A stretch of DNA of 64,000 nt. Origin: an uncultured archaeon (GTDB taxonomy: Archaea; Asgardarchaeota; Lokiarchaeia; Sigyniarchaeales; SOKP01). The translations under genes and the position numbers were made by a program. This document shows, one piece after another, positions 28,259-39,193 of the stretch; position 1 is the stretch's first letter; each line of letters starts with the position of its first letter. The DNA is taken from contig CAZWEM010000016.1 of assembly GCA_964632315.1 (NCBI GenBank), positions 1 through 64,000 of the forward strand, read 5' to 3'. A model generated the notes under the pieces. It had not been told where the DNA came from. It did not search any database and saw nothing but the letters and a program-made list of their open reading frames with translations.

Positions 28259-31200
28259 TTATTCATCATTTTTGAAAGGAGGATAATTAAATACAAAATT
28301 TTTTCCTATAAGTTTCCAATTCTTCCATTGTTTCTCAGTATTGTTCCATATTAAATTTTTAAATGGATTAAATTTATCATATTCGAAATCATGTAAAATA
28401 GATTTAAGAAATGGGGTTCCATCGACGAGCTCAGTTATGATAAACCAATGTTTTATTCCTAAAATTTCAAATATTTTGTTAAATAGGTCTATATAAAGTG
28501 AAATTTCAGTATCTGGAAACCATATTTTGATTGATAATCCACTTTCAAACACTTGTTTTTCATTTGAATTGTGAATATAATATTCTCCTTTAATTTCACA
28601 TATTTTGACCACATTAAAAAAACAGAAAATATCAATTAGAATTTCAATCTGATTTTTATTTAAATTGGGAACAATAATCTTGATATGCTCATGAAGCATC
28701 AAGTTCTTGAATTTAGGGTATATGTAAATCAATTTCTTTCTTATTAAGGATTTTAGGATTGGTTCAATCTTTCCCCCCAATTTTGTGTTTATGAACTTTT
28801 TAAGATTTTTTGATTTTTTCCCATATATTTGAAGTAAATCTCTAAATTCCTTAGAATTGGGAGAAAGGAATTCCCCAGGTTCGTATAGTTGAGCTTTTTT
28901 CGCATTTAATTTCGTAGGATTATATTTTGAATCGAATAAAACTTTATAGGCATAAGATTCAAACTTGCTTATATCTCCAATCCATCTATGAGGATCTAAA
29001 TTTTGATAGAAATTTGTGTATCTTAATTCTGTTTTTTTCGTGAATAAAATATACTCACTTATGTTTTTCTTGGAGGAAGTCATCCAATTCACGTAACTTA
29101 TTAGAGATTTGGGATTATTTCTAGGGAAAATGTAAGAAATAAAAAAACCAATAAATTTAGGAGATAATGAAGTAATTTTAATGGATTGGAAGTTATTAGC
29201 CAGTAACAACCTATAATCTACATCATTTGCATCAATAGGTTGGATATATAAAAAGTATCTATCTAATCCAAATTTATTTAATATGGGAAGAACCTTTATT
29301 CTTTTAATATAATTCTGGTAAAATTTTTTGTTTTTCATTTTATTAAATTCGTCATTTAGAAGAAATTTATCAATTTTAAGATTAAAATCCTCTAATTGGC
29401 TTAATTGAGAAAGATCTAAACTTGATCTTTCAATATATCTCTTTGTATTAATTAAATCACTGAATTCACCAAGTTTATACTTTGATTCCCATATATTAGA
29501 AAATGAACTAAATTCTTTCATAGTACTGGATGGGATCATTGAACCTAGAAGATTCGAAGAATATTTATTGAATTCTTCAAATAATGAACGCTTATACAGG
29601 AATTCTTTGGAAATAAAATCATAGAAATCCTTTCTTGTAAAAGAGCTAAATATTCCTGGATTTAAAAATCTATTACAAACAATGATCTCGCTAAAAAATT
29701 GACTATAAAGGATTGAAAGAAAGGTTGTTCTCTCTTTATTTGACAAATTAGGGATACTCAATTCACAGTAGATAAATTTAGAGGAATTAAAAACATCAGT
29801 TATGATATGAATTATATTACTTGGGAATAGAGTACAGAATTCTTCTAATTTTTCATAAACTTCTTGAGAATATCTTAGTATTACGTTGATATACTGCCTA
29901 GCGACAGTAAAAGCAGGTATAGACCCTAAAAGCATGGGGTGAATTACGGGAGGATCACTTGATGAAAATTTTTCTAATTTATTTTCTATTCTTTGACTAC
30001 TGATCTGTCGAACTCTTGAATCATCGTATATCGTATCTAATTTCTCTTCCTTTTTTTGATAAATTTCAGTTGATAATTCAATTTCTTTTATAATATTTTG
30101 TATTGATCTTGGATTGAAAATCTTCATTTCCTTACAGTTTTCTAAAAATTCATAAAAAAGTGTTAAATGGGATAATTTTTCATTAAATGTATCGTAATTT
30201 TTTGTGTATAACGATAAAACGTCTTTGTAAATCAATTTTAGAGCTTCTATGTCATTAACGACTAATTTTTCATCAAATGTACCAAAATTCTTGTCTCTTT
30301 GTAAGATTGATTTTAAGTCTTCTATTGTATTAATTTTAAAAATTTCTTTTTTTAATTTAGGTATAATTCTTAAGATCTTCAGGACATTTGATATTCTTTT
30401 ATTAATTAAAAAAAATCCTAAATCTTGATTCCTTCTTAGTAGGTTTAAGAATTCTGTTCTTATCTTTTCAGATTTTCTAATGATGTCTAATTGTGTTCTT
30501 AATTTTCTTACGACTTTTTTTTGATGGAATATTTCATTTAATAAATCGGTCTTTAATTGGGTTAATGTTGCAGTTCGTCGTTCAAAGCCAAACCCTGTTA
30601 TGGAAAAATGTCTTACTCTGTCAAGGAGAAGAAAATCTAATAAACTCAGATTTTTAAAAATTGTTTTATCACTATAATTAAGTGAGAATTTCAACTCCAA
30701 TTCATTATTATAATGCTTACTATTTGGAGTTACAAATTTTCCTTCTCCGAAAAATTCTTTTAGATAATTTAAATTTAAGAAATTTCTAAAAAATTCAATT
30801 CTATAAATCGAACCATCTTTAAGATAACCCCTTTGTTTTAAATTAATGAAATATCTTTTAAGATCATTAACGTAAGAATTAGGAATCACAAAATATCCAA
30901 AAACCGCTGTTGTTAAACCTATGACTGAGATTCGAGGGTATAAAAAAAAAGGCATATTTTCAAGCAAATCATTTATTTGTGCCCATCGAATACTAGGCTC
31001 AAAATGAAAATAAGAGATAAAGAAAGATAGATCTAATGTATTCCAATCTACTTGATATGTTGGAGCACAAAATGAACGCTGATTTAAGATTCTAACGTTT
31101 TGAGAAAAGGATCTCAAACTTAAATCTGTTCTTATTTCCCCATTTTGTTTCATCTCTTTAAAGTATTCTTGGTAGTCGAGAAGGGCTTTATAGTTTTTCA

Positions 31201-31852
31201 CCTTGTAAAAAATATATTTAAGAATTCTAATTGTTTCTAGAATATCGTCTTGTTTAAGGATCTTTTTCATTCTTTTTAAAAACTGTAGTCCTAATTTATC
31301 AAATATATCGTCATCAATGGGTTTAAGCTCAAGTGTTCTGATATAATTAAAGAAAAAAGAGATAATGCTTTCACTAGAATCGGGATCTTCTAGTTTTAGA
31401 AACTTTAATAGAGAATCATAGTTATTTGTAAAATAGAAGTTATATGTATCATAACTACGAATAAATTTTTTCCAATCATTTGAAATAGGTAACTTTTCTA
31501 GCTCTACTTCAATCATCATATAGATTAAAAATTGAAATTGGATAAAGTTTTGAAAATATGTGGGAATAAAAAGTCTATAAGCCTCACGTAATAATATTAT
31601 GGGAAAATATTTCTTGTATTCTATCGAAATATGAATTATTGATTCATTGTTCTCAATTCTTCTTTCAACACCAAAATCAAAAGGATGCTTATTTTTTGGT
31701 ATATGAGAGTTTACTTTAATCTTTATATTACTAAAGCTTTCAAACAAGGGATTAAGGTTTAATTCATCCTTAAGATTTTGAATTAATTTATCATATATTT
31801 GTTGAATTTGTGAAATTTCAATTTTTTTGAGTAAATCTGCTATTTGAGTAAT
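28259..31852 (-). CDS. Giant (about 1197 aa) hypothetical protein with repeated HTH/Lrp-like modules (probable ATT start 31852)
   Basis: The frame is open from ATT 31852, after an in-frame TAA and SD AGGTTG. Segments such as PTYQVDWNTLDL, LPILNKFGLDRY and PKFKNLML recall the HTH-RAM linker of Lrp/AsnC proteins. Confidence 0.7.
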   Translation of the reverse strand: MTQIADLLKKIEISQIQQIYDKLIQNLKDELNLNPLFESFSNIKIKVNSHIPKNKHPFDFGVERRIENNESIIHISIEYKKYFPIILLREAYRLFIPTYFQNFIQFQFLIYMMIEVELEKLPISNDWKKFIRSYDTYNFYFTNNYDSLLKFLKLEDPDSSESIISFFFNYIRTLELKPIDDDIFDKLGLQFLKRMKKILKQDDILETIRILKYIFYKVKNYKALLDYQEYFKEMKQNGEIRTDLSLRSFSQNVRILNQRSFCAPTYQVDWNTLDLSFFISYFHFEPSIRWAQINDLLENMPFFLYPRISVIGLTTAVFGYFVIPNSYVNDLKRYFINLKQRGYLKDGSIYRIEFFRNFLNLNYLKEFFGEGKFVTPNSKHYNNELELKFSLNYSDKTIFKNLSLLDFLLLDRVRHFSITGFGFERRTATLTQLKTDLLNEIFHQKKVVRKLRTQLDIIRKSEKIRTEFLNLLRRNQDLGFFLINKRISNVLKILRIIPKLKKEIFKINTIEDLKSILQRDKNFGTFDEKLVVNDIEALKLIYKDVLSLYTKNYDTFNEKLSHLTLFYEFLENCKEMKIFNPRSIQNIIKEIELSTEIYQKKEEKLDTIYDDSRVRQISSQRIENKLEKFSSSDPPVIHPMLLGSIPAFTVARQYINVILRYSQEVYEKLEEFCTLFPSNIIHIITDVFNSSKFIYCELSIPNLSNKERTTFLSILYSQFFSEIIVCNRFLNPGIFSSFTRKDFYDFISKEFLYKRSLFEEFNKYSSNLLGSMIPSSTMKEFSSFSNIWESKYKLGEFSDLINTKRYIERSSLDLSQLSQLEDFNLKIDKFLLNDEFNKMKNKKFYQNYIKRIKVLPILNKFGLDRYFLYIQPIDANDVDYRLLLANNFQSIKITSLSPKFIGFFISYIFPRNNPKSLISYVNWMTSSKKNISEYILFTKKTELRYTNFYQNLDPHRWIGDISKFESYAYKVLFDSKYNPTKLNAKKAQLYEPGEFLSPNSKEFRDLLQIYGKKSKNLKKFINTKLGGKIEPILKSLIRKKLIYIYPKFKNLMLHEHIKIIVPNLNKNQIEILIDIFCFFNVVKICEIKGEYYIHNSNEKQVFESGLSIKIWFPDTEISLYIDLFNKIFEILGIKHWFIITELVDGTPFLKSILHDFEYDKFNPFKNLIWNNTEKQWKNWKLIGKNFVFNYPPFKNDE

Positions 31853-32190
31853 CTCTTATCTCAACCTATATCCGTATTTTTCTAATGATTTATCTTATAA
31901 GATTAGATGCACCTTGTTAATAAATATTACTTCCGATCATCATAATTTTGAATTATTAAAAAGATAAAGGAGTTAAGAAGGAAAGTAAAATTCACCTAAT
32001 TGTATTAAAAAGGAGTTTAAGAGGGCGAAATCCAAATTTTGAGCATAATTTTGCTTTCCATTCTAACATTTTCTTATTGAGAATGAACTATATAAACTCA
32101 GAAAAAAAGATGTTTCCAATAGAAACTTTAATTTGACTCGCGAGTAAGCAACCTTTCATAAACAATTTATTAATTAGATTATTTAGTTCA

Positions 32191-33633
32191 TTGATGGACT
32201 CTCAAGAATACTCTTTTGAAAAATTTGATACGTTATTTTATCCCAAACACATTGCATTTATCGGTGCATCTGAACAAAGTCGATTTGGGTCAATGTTATA
32301 TTTGGTGGCATTCAAGGAATCTAAATGGGCAGATACATTTTATCCTGTTAATCCCAAGTATGAAAAAGTGTTAGATTGGAAATGCTATCCTACTGTTCTA
32401 GATATTTCTTTTCCCGTAGACACTGCTTATATTTCAGTAAAGACTCAATTCATTCCTCAAGTATTAAAAGAATGCGTGCAGAAAAATATACAATGGGTCA
32501 TTATTTTCGCTTCTGGATTCTCTGAAACTGGGGAAAAAGAGGGTTTACGGTTAGAACAAGAGATCAAGCAGATTATTCAAGGTACAAATACCCATGTAAT
32601 TGGTCCGAATTGCTTGGGCCCTTTTAATGGGAAAACTGGCATGGCTTTCACTTTTAATTCTCCTATAGGTATTCCTGGAAATATTTCATTTATGTCTCAG
32701 TCAGGGGGGCACTTAAATCAGCTTCTTGATATCGGAATAAGGAGAGATCTTCGTTTTCGATATGGAGTTTCTTTTGGAAATCAAATAGATTTGAATTGTA
32801 TCGACTTTTTGCGTCATTTCAATTATGATAACGAAACAAAACTGGTAGCAGCTTATTTAGAATCATTTGGATCAGGTAATGGAAATGAATTCTTGAGAGA
32901 ATTAAAGAAAACAACTAAGAAAAAGCCAGTAATAATTTGGAAAGGAGGTTACACAAGTTACGGATCTAAAGCCGCATTTTCTCACACAGGAGCACTTGCG
33001 GGTAGGGGAGAATTATGGAATCTCTTAGCAAAACAAGCCGGAGGAGTATTAGTTAGAAATAATGAAGAATTTTGGAATGTTATTAAGACTTTTGAGCTTT
33101 TATCACCAAATTTGTTTCCAAAGGGGCGAAAAGTTGGAATTGTGACTCCTGGAGGAGGATCTTCTGTGAATGCTACTGATCTACTCGCCCTTAATAATTT
33201 ATTAGTTCCTGAATTAACAAAAGAATCACAGTTTAAACTTTCGGAAATCTTACCAAAAGAGAATGTAAATATTAAGAATCCAGTTGATTTAGGAGCTTTA
33301 GGATTCGTTGTTGAAGTTTTTGTTAACTGTATAGAAGTAGTTATGCAAGATCCGAATATTGATGTCATCTTAATTCCTTTATGGCCCCATTTCATGTATA
33401 ACCATGTTTTTTCAAAAATGTTAAGAGTATTACAAGGACAAGATAAACCTTTTGCTTTCTGCCTCCCAAGTATCGCAGATTCCTTAGAACTCGCCAAAAA
33501 ATTTGCAAACGTGCAGAAATTGCTTCATAAACAAAGAACATTGTACTTCTTTTCATTAAGGGATGCTGCAAGGAGTATTTCATTATTATGTGATTATGTA
33601 GATTATATAAAATTACAGGGTTGTTTGGATTAA
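32191..33633 (+). CDS. Acyl-CoA synthetase (NDP-forming) alpha subunit / CoA-binding protein
   Basis: IGAS, GPNCLG, SQSGG, SFGNQID, AAFSHTGALAG, NPVDLG. Confidence 0.9.
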   Translation: MMDSQEYSFEKFDTLFYPKHIAFIGASEQSRFGSMLYLVAFKESKWADTFYPVNPKYEKVLDWKCYPTVLDISFPVDTAYISVKTQFIPQVLKECVQKNIQWVIIFASGFSETGEKEGLRLEQEIKQIIQGTNTHVIGPNCLGPFNGKTGMAFTFNSPIGIPGNISFMSQSGGHLNQLLDIGIRRDLRFRYGVSFGNQIDLNCIDFLRHFNYDNETKLVAAYLESFGSGNGNEFLRELKKTTKKKPVIIWKGGYTSYGSKAAFSHTGALAGRGELWNLLAKQAGGVLVRNNEEFWNVIKTFELLSPNLFPKGRKVGIVTPGGGSSVNATDLLALNNLLVPELTKESQFKLSEILPKENVNIKNPVDLGALGFVVEVFVNCIEVVMQDPNIDVILIPLWPHFMYNHVFSKMLRVLQGQDKPFAFCLPSIADSLELAKKFANVQKLLHKQRTLYFFSLRDAARSISLLCDYVDYIKLQGCLD

Positions 33634-33636
33634 TTA

Positions 33637-34018
33637 TTATAAGTAAATTTTTTTAGTTATTTCATTGAGATACTTTTTCATAAAATATCTTTGAAGTTTA
33701 GCATAATCCAATTTTTGTGCATTACTTAAATCTTCATTACTCAAGAGAAGTAGATGTATTTCTATAATATTATGGAAGAGATCGAACTTAACATTACTAA
33801 GTGGCTGAGTGTGAATATGATTGAAGTTTTGGTCTAGATCTCCTGAAATCATCAATATTTGACTTAAATTTAGAGACTTTAAATCTCGCTCCGTAAATTC
33901 TTCAAATGGTACCTTTATATCAATGATTAAATTGTCCTTAGATTGATTATAGTCAAAATTTGATTTTCCAGAAATCATAGAGTCTTCCATTCGGATTTAA
34001 TTTATATATATTTATCAA
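33637..34018 (-). CDS. Hypothetical protein, apparently split by a +1 frameshift near 33956
   Basis: SD GGAGG precedes TTG/ATA-NIYKLNPNGRLYDFWKIKF*, which ends at TTT TGA C; the +1 frame continues DYNQSKDNLIIDIKVPF... Confidence 0.5.
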
Positions 34019-34235
34019 AAACCTCCCTAATTTTTAAGGGTTAATACCTTTTTGTCGACATAGAGGAAATGCCATCGCAGAGATTTCTTATTCCCAAGAT
34101 CTTCTCTATAGTACTCTAGTTTAAGTTATTAATTGTTAAGCTAATATTAAATACCGTTTGAAAGGGATATTAATGGATTGATATCCTTATTTGGACTTGA
34201 CGCAATAATGATGATCATATTTAAAAAAAAGTTTT

Positions 34236-35303
34236 ATGATCTCTAATGTATTAAAATACTTATTAAACGTGAAATTTTTGTCATTTTATGCAGGTTTAAA
34301 AGGACTTTTAAAGCGACCTTTTTATTTGTTCCTTGTTTTATCATTTATACTCATCTGGATATTGATCTTAACCTTTTTCCAATTTACAAACCCTATATTG
34401 TTTTTAATAATCATTACATTTGGTGGAGGCTTTCTTTTTTTCGAATTAATAAGTCTTGTCATCTCACTTTTTAAACCGATTGAAGAAATAGAATGGTATA
34501 TTTGGGGCTCGATTTTTATCCTCTCATTATTTTTAGCGCTTTTTTTAGCAAATACCGTGTTTTTTCCCACCTCAGATATTGCATTCGTAATTATGCTCAA
34601 TGTTAATATGGTTTTTACCGCTTTTTTTGCATTCAAATTTTGCATAGACTCTGCTACTAAAGTTGATGACTATTTATATGGGGGAAAAAGGTCTAGAATA
34701 GTTTTAAGAGTTATTAGTTTTATCATCTTCGGATTTTTAAATTTATGGGTGTTGAGAATAACTTGGGGATTTTTTGATCGTTTTTTAACTCCTTTTCAGC
34801 AAGCAATTGGGCTGATATTGAGAATAATATTCTGAATTAATTTAATTCTAATGGGTTTTATCTTGATAAGATTAATTATAACTGGAAAATTCGCAGCTTA
34901 TATTACTCTTTTCTTCTTACTTACCGCATTTTATACACTTTATTTATTCTTTGATTTCATTTTTGGCCATTTTTTTAATAATGAAGCATCGGATCCGTAT
35001 TATCTAATTATATCATTTATTGTAGATATTTTCATTTTCCTTTACATGCTTGGAACTGTTTATGATAGGATTGAGTATCTAAAAGAGAAGCTCAAATTCT
35101 TTAGAGTCGATACATTAGCAATTTTTTTAATTACCATGAAATTATATGTTCAAATAGCAAAGATCGTTGATCGAACAGTTGCAGAAGATTATTTAATTTT
35201 ACAAGAATGGGGGATTTTCATAGTATTCATGTTATTCACCTTAATATTTGGAATTTATTCCATTTTTGCCCATAAATATGAAAAATCTAAGAAAATTGTT
35301 TAA
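34236..35303 (+). pseudogene. Multi-pass membrane protein interrupted by one in-frame TGA (34833-34835)
   Basis: ORFs 34236-34835 and 34851-35303 are in the same frame: RIIF*INLILMGF, with continuous hydrophobic character. Confidence 0.65.
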
Positions 35304-35415
35304 TTCTTCTTTTTCTATTTATAACTACTATAAAGTTTAAAATTGAGGAAAAAATTAATAGAATTTTAAAAATGAGAAAAAAATAGAAATATCAAAACAC
35401 ATATGTATTGAAAGA

Positions 35416-35928
35416 TTAATAATACTCCGTTTTGGTGAATAACAAAGCAAATGCGCCGTAAAATATGCCATTGGTGATTCCACCAATCAATGCAATTATC
35501 AGTGTTTCAGCGGTTGCGACTAACCCATAATATGCTAAAGTTGTAGGACTTAAATATACTAAAAGCCCAACTGCTATCGCACATAGTATGCATGTTAAAA
35601 ACCAGCCCCCAAAACTCGCTCCATTCTTATTTCCAACTCGTCCAGCCACTATTGCAGCAATAAAAGGTGAAACAATGTAACCGACTAACTGAATTAACGA
35701 CTCTGGTACAAGTGGACCTATTACTCCATTATATATCTCAAGAATTACAGTTCCTGGGAAGTTAATAACCGGGCCGCATAATACCAAAAGAATTATAAAG
35801 GGATTTGCTGTAATATCACCAAACAGAATATTTAAATCACCCGAAACTGTGTGTGCTATGATGACAAACAAAAAATTCATTCCTAAGTATGTTAAAAGGC
35901 TAAATCCGAACGACTTTCCAAAACCCAT
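35416..35928 (-). CDS. Hypothetical membrane protein
   Basis: About 5 hydrophobic, Gly-rich segments. Confidence 0.7.
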   Translation of the reverse strand: MGFGKSFGFSLLTYLGMNFLFVIIAHTVSGDLNILFGDITANPFIILLVLCGPVINFPGTVILEIYNGVIGPLVPESLIQLVGYIVSPFIAAIVAGRVGNKNGASFGGWFLTCILCAIAVGLLVYLSPTTLAYYGLVATAETLIIALIGGITNGIFYGAFALLFTKTEYY

Positions 35929-36107
35929 TATTCACTAACTCTTTTTAAGCTATAACTTTTTTAATCTATTATAATATCCTATTATAATAGGAATAGATTA
36001 GCTTTATAAATTTATATTAGTCCAAAAGTTAATTCCTTTAATATTCTAATTATAAAATTGAATCCACTTCACTAACAAATCATAAAGAGTTTTCAAATAT
36101 TTTCCTA

Positions 36108-37163
36108 TTGAGAGTTGAACTGATAATGAGAAAGGGTTCTAATAGCTTAGGATTAGGTAAATTAAAGCATGATTATTTATCTAAAATTTTAAAAAAGCAT
36201 GTTTCTGACCTCGAGATTAACGATGAGAGGATTATTTTAGGTTCTAAAATCGGAGAAGATGCTGCGGTCATTGATATGAAAGATCATTATCTCGTAGCTA
36301 AGACTGATCCCATAACATTTGCAACTGATGAAATAGGATATTATTCCGTTCATGTAAACGTCAATGATATAGTATGTACAGGAGCCATACCTAAATGGTT
36401 CTTAACTACTATTTTATTACCAGCAAAAAAAACAAATGAGAATTTAATTGAAAAAATTTTCAAAGATCTTCACGATACGTGTAAATCTTTAAATATTTCT
36501 ATGATAGGGGGCCACACGGAGGTTACCTCTAATCTAGACCGTCCTATTGTTGTTGGATCGCTTTTAGGTGAAGTTGAGAAAGATAAATTAGTGAAAACTT
36601 CAGGAGCTAAAGTTAATGATGTTTTGATATTGACAAAAGGAATTTTTATTGAAGGGACATCAATTATAGCAAGAGAAAAAGAGGAACTATTGCTAAGCAA
36701 AGGATTGGATCAGAAATTTATTAACAAATGCAAGCAATTTCTTCATGATCCAGGGATTAGTATATATAAAGATGCTTTGATTGCGAATGCCAATTTTAAA
36801 ATAAATTCAATGCATGATATTACAGAAGGAGGTTTAGCTACTGGTATAGCCGAAATAGCAATTGCATCTGATCTTGGCGCATTAATTTATGAGGATTGTA
36901 TAAAAATATTACCAGAACCAGCAAAATTAAGTAGAATATTCAATTTAAACCCTTATGGAACAATATCTTCGGGATCTCTATTAATATCTATAAATGAAAA
37001 AGAAGCAACCAAATTAGTCGATACATTACGGAATGGTGGGATCGATGCCGAAATAATTGGAAAAATGGTAGAAAAAAATGAGGGATTAAAAATACTAACT
37101 GAGAATGATAAAACTCAGCCATTATTATTTTCAGAAGTAGACGAAATTCTGAAAATTTTTTAA
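36108..37163 (+). CDS. AIR synthase-related (HypE/ThiL-like) protein
   Basis: GEDAAV, KTDPIT, NVNDI, GGHTEVT, MHDITEGGL. Confidence 0.88.
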   Translation: MRVELIMRKGSNSLGLGKLKHDYLSKILKKHVSDLEINDERIILGSKIGEDAAVIDMKDHYLVAKTDPITFATDEIGYYSVHVNVNDIVCTGAIPKWFLTTILLPAKKTNENLIEKIFKDLHDTCKSLNISMIGGHTEVTSNLDRPIVVGSLLGEVEKDKLVKTSGAKVNDVLILTKGIFIEGTSIIAREKEELLLSKGLDQKFINKCKQFLHDPGISIYKDALIANANFKINSMHDITEGGLATGIAEIAIASDLGALIYEDCIKILPEPAKLSRIFNLNPYGTISSGSLLISINEKEATKLVDTLRNGGIDAEIIGKMVEKNEGLKILTENDKTQPLLFSEVDEILKIF

Positions 37164-37283
37164 AATTATGACACTATATATCGATAAGCTAATATTTTTA
37201 TTCATATAATATTTTAATATTATGATTTCTGATTTTATTTAGGTAAGAGAATATAAGTTGAAATTAACACCCTTAGATCCAAA

Positions 37284-39188
37284 TTGGCGAGCAGAAACTT
37301 GCAAGAAATATTAGAAAATATGGGAGAAAAGTTAAAACTTGAGGGGATGGCCCTTAAATTAAACTCTAATAGCTTATTTGGTCTTTTAATTAGTACAAGT
37401 CAATTAGATAAATTTCAAATAGAAATCGCATCTAAATGGGATGATTTTAAAAAAAAAAATCAACAAAGAATCATAACAACATCCTATACTACTTTTTTCT
37501 ATTTGAACTTTGATGAGATTTTCCGTACTTTTCTAAATGAATTTTGCGGTCTAAAAAGCAAATCCCTTAAATTAATTGTAAAAGAAAAGATATCAAATGA
37601 AAACCTCTTTTTAGAATATAGTTATGACATGTCAAAGGATGAATTGAGGAATTTCAAGGAGTTTGGGCAAAATTATGGTAATATTATCAATGGGATTACC
37701 AGTCCAACTGGATATTTGTATTTAATAGTATCGATATTGGGAGGAATATTAAGGAAGATCACCAAGCAAAATTTTTACGTTATCTTAGACGGAGCTGTAA
37801 TACAAGATGATGAAAATCAAAATCTCTTGAAATTTTTAATTGTAATTAAAGATAGTAAGGATAATTTGTTTGAATATTATTACCAAATGTTCCTCTATTA
37901 TTTTTTGAAACACTTCAATGGAATTCCCGAAAATTATTATGAAAAATTATTGCTTGGGAGAGAGAAGTTGTATGATCTTGCAATTCAAGAATATCCTTTA
38001 GCAAAGGAAAAACTTGTTGATTTATTATATTATTTCTATAAAAAGTGTAATTTACTCCACAATTTTTCTCCACTCTTAGATTTCTTCAATTTTGTATGTT
38101 CTCGAGTTGAAGATTCAGTTTTTTCCAAGTATGATATCATTAAAAAAGAATTTTTAGTCAATTTTAATTATACCGAAGCAAAAAAAAAGGCAATTTTAAA
38201 GATTTTTGAATTTTTAGATAAGAGTTCGACACTATATAGTACATTTCAAGCCAACAATTTACCCAGTTCTAAAAGCCAATTTAGCCTATTCTTACTTTAT
38301 ATGAAATTTTATTTTGGAAGTGGAAGTTTGGAAGCTTTAAAGAATGCAGATCTGGTATTTCTTCCGAAAATATTACTTAAATTCGCAAATGAATGTAATA
38401 TCGATGAAAAAATGGTATTAAATGTGCAAAATTTTATCGAAAACTCTTCAATATTAGCAACATTAAACGATGTAAGTCTCATATTCAATAAGATCTTCAA
38501 AAGACATGTAGCAAGCATCAATTATGATTTCTTTAAAACGTTTCTAAGAAGCCTTAACTCAAAACTCACTTCAATTATAGAAAAAGAAAATCAAGTTATC
38601 GCCGAAGATTATGGAGATGAACCCTTTTCATTTAAAAATATAGTCGATCATATTTGTAGAATGCTCTATGTTTTAATTGATAAGATTTTCATACGAATTT
38701 CTCCAAATCAAGCATCAAAGAACTTCATTGATCCTAGAAGCAGGTATATAGGAAAGAACATCGCTTTACGTGTATTAGAATTATTCATATTTCAAGATTT
38801 AAATGTTTCTGACGATGTTTGGCCTGATTACGTCATAAGTATGAAAAAAGACGAATTATTAAAAGATTTGGAACCATACAAAGTAGACATCCCCGAAAAA
38901 TACTTTTATAATGTTGAGGATATCATTCGATTCGTAATCACGTATAATTTTCAGACTTATTCAGATAAAATACTCTTGGAAGAATGGCTAATTAAACAAA
39001 TAATTATACCCTTAAATGATTTTTATGTTGTGATTAAAGAAAAAATCAAAAATCCAACGGATAAAGCTGAGATTAATCGAGTTCTTGAAAATTATTTTAT
39101 GAAAGGTGAAAAATTTGATGATACTGAAACAAAAGAAGAAGTTGAATTTGCTTGTAGTCAACTTGTTCCAATATGGCATGTTAAATAA
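37284..39188 (+). CDS. Hypothetical protein
   Basis: 634-aa open frame with no recognisable motif. Confidence 0.7.
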   Translation: MASRNLQEILENMGEKLKLEGMALKLNSNSLFGLLISTSQLDKFQIEIASKWDDFKKKNQQRIITTSYTTFFYLNFDEIFRTFLNEFCGLKSKSLKLIVKEKISNENLFLEYSYDMSKDELRNFKEFGQNYGNIINGITSPTGYLYLIVSILGGILRKITKQNFYVILDGAVIQDDENQNLLKFLIVIKDSKDNLFEYYYQMFLYYFLKHFNGIPENYYEKLLLGREKLYDLAIQEYPLAKEKLVDLLYYFYKKCNLLHNFSPLLDFFNFVCSRVEDSVFSKYDIIKKEFLVNFNYTEAKKKAILKIFEFLDKSSTLYSTFQANNLPSSKSQFSLFLLYMKFYFGSGSLEALKNADLVFLPKILLKFANECNIDEKMVLNVQNFIENSSILATLNDVSLIFNKIFKRHVASINYDFFKTFLRSLNSKLTSIIEKENQVIAEDYGDEPFSFKNIVDHICRMLYVLIDKIFIRISPNQASKNFIDPRSRYIGKNIALRVLELFIFQDLNVSDDVWPDYVISMKKDELLKDLEPYKVDIPEKYFYNVEDIIRFVITYNFQTYSDKILLEEWLIKQIIIPLNDFYVVIKEKIKNPTDKAEINRVLENYFMKGEKFDDTETKEEVEFACSQLVPIWHVK

Positions 39189-39193
39189 TTTTT

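Noticed and set aside
34825-34855. Hairpin GAATTA-ATT-TAATTC at the in-frame TGA as a second intron or a Sec signal
   Set aside because: There is no 4-bp central helix with 3-nt bulges, and no redox-motif context.
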